Source: Octopus sinensis (lineage: Eukaryota). From it: 64,000 bases of DNA. This document shows positions 54,397 to 64,000 of the stretch, piece by piece (the first letter of the stretch is position 1; every line of letters starts with the position of its first letter). Location of the stretch: assembly GCF_006345805.1 (NCBI RefSeq), contig NC_043009.1, positions 34,534,001-34,598,000 of the forward strand. The letters are read 5' to 3'. Made by a program: the position numbers and the translations under genes. The notes below the pieces were generated by a model, which saw only the letters and a program-made list of their open reading frames with translations, was not told the origin of the DNA and did no database searches.

Positions 54397-54554
54397 AGAG
54401 AGAGAGAGAGACAGAGAGAGAGACAGAGAGAGGGAGAACAAGAAAAAGGTAAGAGAAAGAAAGTATGAGGGAAACTAAAAGATAGAGTTAAAGAGTTGTA
54501 CAATTTTAGATACATACCTACTATAAGGTGAGAGGTAGTGGATACGTACGCTGC

Positions 54555-54586
<32 letters not shown>

Positions 54587-54760
54587 ACATAAATGGAAAA
54601 ACATATAAATGGAACAAAAAACGCAATAGAGGATAATAAAACATTCAGACAGACAGATGACAAGCGAGGACAGGAGAAACAACAATTAGAAAGACAGGCA
54701 AAAACACGCGGGGCATGGTTTGGACGGATTGACGTGGAGCTGTCGAGACAACACCTGTAC
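53770..54760 (-). mobile_element. Non-coding element with diverged terminal direct repeats and structured motif, in (TA)n
   Basis: 53770-53871 resembles 54607-54712; 53865-54015 homologous to 30635-30790. Confidence 0.62.
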
Positions 54761-54775
54761 ATATATATGATTGTA

Positions 54776-54825
<50 letters not shown>

Positions 54826-54830
54826 TATAT

Positions 54831-55484
54831 ACTAGCAGTATCGCACGGCGTTGCTCGGGTTTGTAAGGGAAATAACTATATAAGCATTTTTAGAGAGTTA
54901 TAGCAAAAAAATTAGCAAAAGGATGCATTAAAAATGGAATAAATAATGATGGTAATTTTTTTTTAATCGTTGACTCATCGTAGACATTTTTAGAGAGTTA
55001 CTTCCCTTATATAATAGCGAAAAAATGCATTAAAATGGAAAAAATGATGGTAAATTTTTTTTTAAATCGTAGACTCATCGTAGACGCTTTCTTAGCCATT
55101 TCTGTTTTGGTGTCTTCAAGCCATGAAGTCGTTGTTCTAAAAGAACGCTGGTCTCCTTGACAATGCTTTACGACGTTGATTTCCTTACACTCCCTTCCCC
55201 ACAGCTTCACGAGGGAGGGAAGAAGGGGAGAAGCAACACAGGTGCAGGTGTGACCATGGACGCCAACTCCGCCGCCATCGACACACGAAAAAATATGCAT
55301 TAAAATGGAATAAAAAATGATGTTAAATTATTTTAAAAATCGTAGACTCATCGTAGACGCGCGCTAATACCCGACGGGCTCGATATGAATCACGACTATA
55401 AGATACCCGAATTGGGTTAAACTGCACCGCCAAATGGGAGTAGTTAGGAATCTAAATCGAAGGGGACAGACACTCACACAACTA

Positions 55485-55495
<11 letters not shown>
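54831..55495 (+). mobile_element. Helitron/HINE-like element, internally rearranged copy
   Basis: Same termini and body as the 2689 unit, with duplicated gactcatcgtagac blocks. Confidence 0.78.
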
Positions 55496-55541
<46 letters not shown>

Positions 55542-55613
55542 AGTATAATATATTCTTTCTTTTTTCATTGTATATATATATATTATAAATATGTATAATA
55601 AATATATATATAT

Positions 55614-55910
55614 ACTAGCAGTATCGCCCGGCGTTGCTCGGATTTGTAAGGGAAATAACTATATAAGCAGTTTTAGAGAGTTATAGCCAAAAAATAGCAA
55701 AAATATGCATTAAAAATGGAAAAAAAATTATGGTAAATTTTTAAAAAAATCATTGACTCATCGTAGACGCGCGCTAATACCCAGAAGGGCTCAATATGAA
55801 TCACGACTATAAGATACCCGGTTTTGGTTAAACTGCACCGCAAAATGTGGGAGTAGTTAGGAATCTAAATCGTAGGAGACAGACACACAACTTCACTTTT
55901 ATATATAAAG
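55614..55910 (+). mobile_element. Helitron/HINE-like element, short variant lacking the central segment
   Basis: Same 5' and 3' ends as the 2689 unit. Confidence 0.78.
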
Positions 55911-55932
55911 ATATATCGTATATATATTATAA

Positions 55933-56026
<94 letters not shown>

Positions 56027-56096
56027 TGTTGAAATTCACAGAAAAACAAGAGACGAAGACAGTTGTATTAGTTTAACGATCGGGAAGGTGGGAAAG

Positions 56097-56134
56097 TCTT
56101 TTACGTTTCGAGCCTACGCTCTTCAACAGCAATG
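56097..56134 (-). ncRNA. Second copy of the CUGUUGA minimal hammerhead-like motif (stem I degraded)
   Basis: CTGTTGA A gagc gtag gctc GAAA cg TA aaaga, identical to the 5829-5861 core. Confidence 0.5.
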
Positions 56135-57077
56135 AACACGAAGAAATAACAGAGAGAGAGAGAGAATAAAAAAGCTTTTGAAGCTAGCAGTCAATCATGG
56201 CGGCTGGCTCCACAGAGATAGTAAGACACACGCACACACACGCATTCATACATTCGACCTTAAGGTGTGGTAGCAGACATTCGACTAAGATGCCACACAA
56301 TTGGATCGTACACATAATAGCATAGCTACATAGTTATTGGCGTAGCTGTGCCAACATCTATAGAGGGTAACTTGATGGATTGCTGCTTCCTACAGTCTGA
56401 ATGTGGTAATAATGACAATTTATCCCCACCAGTCTTGGAGACCTGGTGGTCAATTATTTATCAAACTTTGATAATAACCATATCATCTCTGTGCTTGAGG
56501 TATGACCATTTCCATCATGTCTGTTCGAATAAAGCCATATGGATATATTTTTTGAAGAAGAGTAATGTTAGTGAAACAGATGCCAATAATATCTGAAACG
56601 AAGATAACATGGCTGCTTGATACTTGACTCATCAATCAATTTAGGTTATTGGTAAAACATAAATTTTAATGGAAAACTGACAGAAAAGGATTTCAAGGCA
56701 GTAAAAGTAAAGAAAAAAAGAAGTGATCTGTTACTTTGTTGTAAGCAGAAGGGGTCGATATCTAGGATTTAGATCAGAGTTATCTTTATCGGAGAGTGAA
56801 GATCACAGTATACCATTTATCTATATTCTTGGTCTAAATAAATATTTTCGTACTTCTTGTAGCGAACGATGTTATTAAATGTCTTCTACAGGTGACCAGA
56901 TAGCTTTTGTTTCGCCAGAAATTGCGCATCTAGAACTACATTGTGATTTCAGTGCTATAAATTAGGAGATTCGGCTGTAAACTCTCGTAGCTAAAGCAAC
57001 CACATAGAGGCTCCCTAGTCAGATAAAGTTTGGTTACTCGCTGTATATATTCTCCCTGGTCCTGATGATAGTTATAT

Positions 57078-57486
57078 TCTTTTCTACTCTAGGCACAAGA
57101 CCCAAAATTTTGGGGGAGGGAACCGGTCAATTAGATCGACCCCAGTACGCAACTGGTACTTAATATATCAACCTCGAAAGGATGAAAGGCAAAGTCAACC
57201 TCGGCTGAATTTGAAATCAGAACGTAAAGGCAGACGAAATACCTATTTCTTTACTACCCACAAGGGGCTAAACACAGAGAGGACAAACAAGGACAGACAA
57301 ACGGATTTAGCCGATTATATCGACCCCAGTGCGTAACTGGTACTTATTTAATCGACCCCAAAAGGATGAAAGGCAAAGTCGACCTCGGCGGAATTTGAAC
57401 TCAAAATGCAAAGGCAGACGAAATACCGCTAAACGTTTTGCCCGGCATGCTAATGTTACTTCCGGCGAGCTGGAGCTCGCTGGTTT
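57078..57486 (-). mobile_element. Composite SINE family B (body+tail 1 nested in head+body+tail 2)
   Basis: 15-bp TSD tgatgatagttatat (57063-57077, 57487-57501); duplicated body; junction at ggtatttcg. Confidence 0.85.
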
Positions 57487-57741
57487 TGATGATAGTTATA
57501 TCGAGGGAGTAAAACTTATATTCCAGAGACAGTGCTGCGTCATCTAAAATGTGGGTATTCTACCAAAATAGGCTCCTACAGGATTTCTACCAAATATAAT
57601 TCCCACTCTTTCAATGTCTGTAAAGAAGAAGAAAAGACTCCACGCTATTTCTTTTGAGAGTCAGACTGGTTGGATGAAAAGTGTGTGTGGGTTAATGTTA
57701 ATATATTTATACCGGAGTTCTAGTCTTAATATTTACAACAG

Positions 57742-57955
57742 AGCGGGAAGAATCGTTAGCACGCCAGGCAAAATGCTTCGCGGCATTTCGCACGTCTTTA
57801 CGTTCTGAGTTCAAATTCTGCTGAGGTCGACTTTACCTTTCATCCATTCAGGAATCGATAAAATAAGGACCAGTCGAGTACTAGGGGGAAGATTTAATCG
57901 ACTAACTTTCTTTCCCGAACTTGCTGACCTTGTGCCAAATTTTGAGACCAATATA
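57742..57955 (+). mobile_element. SINE family B (tail type 2)
   Basis: Head, B box and core match the 25504 copy. Confidence 0.8.
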
Positions 57956-58667
57956 TTTACAACAGAGTGGTTTCTGCTAATAACATTCAAGGTGCTGATG
58001 TTAACACCCAGGTGCCGGATTAACTCTACCACCAAATAATAGATTAAATGTTACTAGACGAGCTACTGCACGATTTCTGACTATCCTCATGGCTTTGGTG
58101 CCGTGCAGCGAGTACGAACACGGACTTACGTAACTGCAAAGCGAATTTCTTTCACCACGGGGCTGTGTTTGCATCTGAAATGGATGGAAGTGAATATACC
58201 GACAATAAGTTTAGCTTGAGAAAAAAAACGAAGTGTCAAGTGTCCGAATATAGGTTTCAATAATTACATGTTTTCTGCAAAAATTTCCAGCTGATTTCGT
58301 GTATTTGCACAGCGTTAATTGGTGAAAAACCAGTGCAGCTTGTTCGATGTGCTCTTAACATGATTAGCATCGCTGTTTAAACATTAATGCATGCAATTAA
58401 AACTTGTTTATTTCCCTGTGATTGACTGAGTGTGACGAGCAATAGCATTTTGCTTATAAAAAATAGTCCTGTTGGCTTTATGGAAATATTGAATGCAACA
58501 CCTTCTTTAGAACAACACCTTTTATTTTCTATGATGTAAGTCGATTGTATGTTGCAATCCAATAATCCAGCGGGTTTGTAGGGACTTTGTTGAGAACATT
58601 CTCGGCATTGTAATTTGAGCAGCGAGTATAGAATGTTCGCATCCGATCCGTCCAGCGAAAGAAAATA

Positions 58668-58691
58668 GATCTATATATCTGTCTATCTATC

Positions 58692-58761
<70 letters not shown>

Positions 58762-58916
58762 CATTCATCCATCCATCCATCCATCTATCTATCTATCTAT
58801 ACTATCTATCTATCTACTATCTACTCTATCTATCTATCTATCTATCTATCATCCATCCATCCATCCATCCATCCATCCATCCATCCCTATACTATCTCTA
58901 TCTATCTATCTATCTA

Positions 58917-58948
<32 letters not shown>

Positions 58949-59006
58949 ATCTATCTATCTCTCTCCTCTCTCTCCTCCTCTCTCTCTCTCTCTATATATA
59001 TATATA
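58668..59006. repeat. Compound (TATC)n/(CATC)n/(CT)n microsatellite
   Basis: Direct reading. Confidence 0.95.
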
Positions 59007-59103
59007 CATACAGAAGAGTGCTGCGAGCAAGTGCGACAATTAATCAAATTTTGTGCTCAGTAATTGTCCCACGCTCCAGTGTGTATGCTTGTGTATCTGT
59101 ATG

Positions 59104-59151
<48 letters not shown>

Positions 59152-59691
59152 GTGTGTGTGTGAGTGTGTGTGTGTGTACATAAGCATACAACCCTAGCTG
59201 ATTTATGGTCTAAGCTGACCTACTGCAATCAGTTTGGTCAGTGGACTTCCCTCTTTTCTCTTTTTATCGTTTTATAAGCTTTCTGTTTTCCTTTAATCTC
59301 CCTCTACTCTCTCTTTTTTCTCTCTTTATCTTTGGTTATACATGGTTTTGAGGGAGATGTGGCGTTGTTTGGAGTTCTTTGATATAATACCTTGTCTGAC
59401 CTCCATTGTGAAATTCAAGGTTACGTTTTGATTTAAAATTCCTCTGAGGTCGACTGTGTCTTTCATTCTGTCGGAGTAGATAAAATAAGTATCAGTCAAA
59501 CACTGGACTCAAAGTAATCGACTGTTCCCCGCTCCCGAAATTGCGGGCCTCATGCCAAAATTTGAAACCATTATTATTTCTGTGTGAATCTGTGTGAACC
59601 TCCTCACACCAGCGATTGGTGCATAAAAGCATCAGGGATCGTAGCAGACGAGAATCTTTCATGGGCGCCGAAACTCTCGTAATCGGATGCC

Positions 59692-59735
59692 TTCCACTGA
59701 TGATTTTCAGTAGAATGAAATCACGTGATATGGGG
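59692..59735 (+). ncRNA. Type I hammerhead at the apex of a long hairpin (59599-59816)
   Basis: ttcca CTGATGA ttttc agta gaat GAAA tcacgtga TA tgggg; 10-bp palindrome ATCACGTGAT. Confidence 0.78.
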
Positions 59736-59876
59736 ATTCCAGCATTCATGACAGACGATTCTCGTCTGCTAAGACCTATGTGTGTGCTTTTACACACCAG
59801 TTGCTTATATGAGAGGCTCTCTCAAGGTTGGTAATGCAGTATTCGGAGTTCTAAAAAGATATCCGTATTGAGTTGC

Positions 59877-59920
<44 letters not shown>

Positions 59921-60235
59921 ATCTATATATATACATGCAACTCATATATCTTATATATATATATATATAGATATATATATATATATATTATTATATATTA
60001 TATAATATATATATATCACACATATATATATACATATATATATATGCATGTATGCATATGTATGTGTATATATATGCATAGGGCAAGGGAATAAAATTAT
60101 GTCATGAACTTCATTAGCTTACAGTTATTTCGGCTTTAAGATGCAATGCTGTCTTAGTCAAGTACTTGTGTATCACTCTATAACTTCATCGATGCTTCAA
60201 AAATGAAGTACAGTGTTATTTGGGATAGTATTTAC

Positions 60236-60280
<45 letters not shown>

Positions 60281-60427
60281 ACACACACACACACACACAT
60301 ACACACACACACACGCACACACACACGCACACACACACACATACATATACAGAATGCATTACCCCGACAAAACATAAACATATGTAAGGAATGATTAGGT
60401 AGATGATAGGGTAGATTAGATAGGTTT

Positions 60428-60458
<31 letters not shown>

Positions 60459-60899
60459 ATATATCATATATATATATATATATAATATGTAAAGATTGGT
60501 ATATGAAAAACTCCTATGTAAAGAGTGAAAAAGAAGCAAATATACCTGGGAATGGAGTTAGATAGAAAGACGACAGAATTGAAAGCAATGAAAGGAAGAG
60601 AAAAACAATACCTTTATCGGGTTCATAAAATATTTTCTACAACGTAGACAAATTAACAATTAACCATTAACAGGCCAAAGAAAGAATAGACTGGAAAGAC
60701 ATGTTACGGATAAAATTGTGTGCACGCTTTTGTGCGTGCATATATATGTGCGCACGCGTGTGAGTGCGTTTACATGTAGAAAGTGAGCCGATATATGGAT
60801 ATGTATCATTCTACTTATAAATACATATAAACACACAGGCATGTTTACTTATATGCATGCACAGAAACATCTATATATATGTATGTAAATACATACATA

Positions 60900-60929
<30 letters not shown>

Positions 60930-60942
<13 letters not shown>

Positions 60943-61436
60943 GTAGTTGTGTGAGTGTCTGTCCCCTTCGATTTAGATTCCTAACTACTCCCACATTTTG
61001 CGGTGCAGTTTAATCAAATTCGGGTATCTTATAGTCGTAATTCATATCGAGCCCGTCTGAGTATTAGCGCGCGTCTACGATGAGTCTACGATTTTAAAAT
61101 AATTTAACATCATTTTTAATTCCATTTTAATGCATAATTTTTCGTGTGTCGATGGCGCGGAGTTGGCGTCCTTGGTCACACCTGCACCTGTTTGCTTCTC
61201 CCTTCTTCCCTCCCTCGTGAAGCTGTGGGGAAGGAAGTGTAAGGAAATCAACGTCGTAAAGCGTGTGTCAAGGAGACCAGCGTTCTTTTAGAACAACGAC
61301 TTCATGGCTTGAAGACACCAAAACAGAAATGGCTAAGAAAGCCCGAATTGGCATCTATAAGGGAAGTAACTCTCTAAAAATGCTTATATAGTTATTTCCC
61401 TTACAAACCCGAGCAACGCCGAGCGATACTGCTAGT
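60930..61436 (-). mobile_element. Helitron/HINE-like element, full copy
   Basis: Reverse complement of the 2689 unit; TA runs on both sides. Confidence 0.8.
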
Positions 61437-61635
61437 ATATATATATATATTTAAGTAGGTGAATGAATTATCCTATGTTTATCGTCAGCATGGAACATCT
61501 TCGTTCGACTCCATTCTTTCATTTATTCATATATATATATATTATATATATATACACATAGAGACAGATATCTAGCAATTAACATCTATATACACATGCA
61601 CAGACCCAGACCTCCACCATATATATTCTTTGATT

Positions 61636-61800
61636 ATTTTACTCTTTTACTTGTTTCAGTCATTTGAGCGCGGCCATGCTGGAGCACCGTCTTCAAGAGT
61701 TTTTAGTCGAAGAAATCGATCCCATGACTTATTGTTTGTAAGTCTAGCACTTATTCTATCGGTCTCTTTTGCCGAAAAGCTGATTTACAGAGACGTAACC
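61636..61800 (-). mobile_element. SINE family A 3' fragment
   Basis: Tail and ggccatgctggagcaccg block. Confidence 0.75.
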
Positions 61801-61907
61801 AGGTGTTGTGCTGGTTAATTAAAGAGGCGAAGCTCTTGCAACATGAATAACTAGCCTTCAGCGTTTTCTTATTCTTATTAGAAGCAATCACTGTGCCGGA
61901 AATAACC

Positions 61908-62280
61908 AAAAGAATTGTAACTATAAAGATAAAAATTGCTGTTCGTTAGGAGGACATTGTCCCCAGAAAGGAATTGTTTATTGAGCTAAGGTACAAATAG
62001 ATGGCGCACAAGAATACAAGATATATACTGGAGCTTCGGAAAATTCCTATAAGACTAGATTATATTTCCACCGAAATTCACTTCGATACCCCGAAAATAG
62101 GACAGCAACGTTTCTCGATAAACATGTCTGACAATTGAAAGAAAACGATACCCGTCCTTTCAAAATCAGCTGGACAATCTTGGAGGAAGCAGCATTTAGA
62201 CGCCCAATGAGGTGAGGTGCAATTTGTGCCTGACTGAAAAGCTCTTCATTCTGTTCCAGGATAAATACGCACTGAACCAG
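61908..62280 (+). pseudogene. Decayed Naiad-type GIY-YIG endonuclease fragment (Penelope-like)
   Basis: NCNYKDKNCCSLGGHC..KGIVY*A...IYTGASENSYKTRL..H...ISWTIL...RCNLCLTEKLFIL. Confidence 0.75.
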
Positions 62281-62439
62281 ATATTATTATTGATATTTTT
62301 AAATGCTATAGATAGAAAGATTGTGATAATGATAATCACTGTGATTATGGAGACGACACAATGCAAGCACGTTAGCTATATATATGTGTATGTACACACA
62401 TGTGCACGTGTATATACAAATATAGAGAGGAAGAGAGAT

Positions 62440-64000
62440 GGGATCTCAATGACAAATCTCGTGGAAACCCCACGAACAACTCATGAAATCATGATGCCAC
62501 ACTGCAAGGAAAGAATTAACGGCGAGAATGAAGCTATAACAGATCATGGTGAAGGTTTCCTGCCCGGCACGTCCGAAACCGCCCGCATCAAGGGCAGTGA
62601 TCTTGCCTCGGACGGTCGTTATGTCACAACACACCACATACACGATGTGCACAAAACGAGACATAAATGGACAAAGGAAGAGTACGATATACTTACTGAA
62701 TGTAATGAAAGAGCAAAGCTGGAAATAAGTCGCGGAGTAGACTGACGTACCTTGAAATTTTGGATGGAAAAGGACATGTGTCCAATGTCAGAAAATAAAG
62801 TAAAATGAGAGTGGTTAGGAGAAAGGATTACTTAACCGGAGTAGAAAATTTCGGATTAGTGAGTCTGAGAGACTCTGAGAATGGGCTACAGAGGATGGTC
62901 CGAGTTGAAACAGCGATGTAAGATGTGAAAGCAGAGAGAAGAGTAGACAGGAGGAACAGGGAAATGGTGATGGGGATGTTAAGGATGGGGAACCGGAGCG
63001 TTATACAGCGAACCCTGATACTGTGGTGGGTAGACATTCAGGGGAAATGAACCAACTAGATAATGAAGTGTTTGAAATTCAAAGACGACTCACCGACTTG
63101 ATGAATGCTCCAGAAGAAAAAGTTCCCATGAATACGAGAAAGGTAGATAGGAGTATGATGAATAGAATAACACGAAAGATAAATACTGTCATACCAGACA
63201 TCCAGACGGAGGACATAACAAAACAAGGAATCTTCTCCGAGCTATTGTGCTACTTGTTGAGGAAAAATTACCACTTAAGAGAACAAAAGAAAAATGGTGG
63301 AGCAAAAGAACCATGATGGTAACGACGCATTGAAAGGGACATAATGCAGGCAAGGCAAGATCTAGGAAAAATTGAGAAATGGTTAAGAGGAAACTGGAAA
63401 AAATGGGAAAAAGAACAACCAAGATAAATTAAAGAAGAAATATAAAATACGGAAGAACGGGTTTTATGCAGTAATAGATCAATTAAATAAGAGGATCATG
63501 GCAAAAACCAGAAGATCAGAAGATTTGTGAACAGAAATAAGCAGTTCGAGAAGAACAGATTATTCAAAAATAACCCGAAGCAATTCTTCCGAACGTTAGA
63601 AGGAGACAATGGGGAAGATGTTGTTCCTGATGCAAATCAAGCCAAGGAGCTCTGGAGCGGATTATGGGGAAACGATGTGGTGCATAAAATGGATGGAATG
63701 TGGATAGGAACTATCAAGACAGAGTTACAAGGAGGAAAGAAGCAAAGGAGAATTGTCATAAGCACGGGGGATGTGGAAGAACAAGTGAGTAAAGTGCCTA
63801 ACTGAAAATCTCCCGGACCAGATGAGATTCATAGCTTCTGACTGAAAAATGCAACGTGATACTTGAAAGAATAGCACCTCAATTGAATGAGTGTGTCCAG
63901 AAAGGTACATCCCCGTGTGGATGGTGACTAGGAGGACAACACTTATAATGAAAGATAGAAGAAAGGGGAACATTGTGGGAAACTACCGTCCCATAGCATG
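62440..64000 (+). mobile_element. Decayed R4/Dong-like non-LTR retrotransposon, running off the window
   Basis: KWTKEE...; EP*W*RRI; NRLFKNNPKQFFRTL; WSGLW; N*KSPGPDEIH; WMVTRRTTLIMKD...NYRPIA. Confidence 0.82.

Noticed and set aside
61908-62280. In-frame TGA codons as possible selenocysteine in a Naiad-type element
   Set aside because: The TGAs fall at non-Cys positions (one is a Trp position) in a frameshifted fragment; no SECIS recognised

Overview
AT-rich, repeat-saturated eukaryotic (animal) DNA in which I can support no host protein-coding exon; most listed ORFs are microsatellite artefacts. The SINE content resembles what I recall of Octopus/cephalopod genomes (inference). The window holds three tRNA-derived SINE families; decayed CR1-like, L1/Tx1-like, R4/Dong-like and RTE-like LINEs; a Gypsy integrase remnant; a full-length but broken mariner; MITEs; a Helitron/HINE-like ~505-bp element in a head-to-tail trimer plus dispersed copies; and a 29-bp minisatellite. 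The main signal is not in the ORF track: about a dozen type I hammerhead-ribozyme (HHR) motifs read by eye on both strands. Most lie in short modules embedded in (TA)n arrays or at the 3' ends of Penelope-like (GIY-YIG) elements. They include a dense cluster at 47.2-52.2 kb, a ~445-nt retrozyme-like unit whose inversion breakpoint is 1 nt from the predicted cleavage site, and a ~220-nt rod-like hairpin capped by an HHR. A second covarying structured RNA motif of unknown class occurs twice. All structures and translations were done by eye, so boundaries may be off by a few bases.
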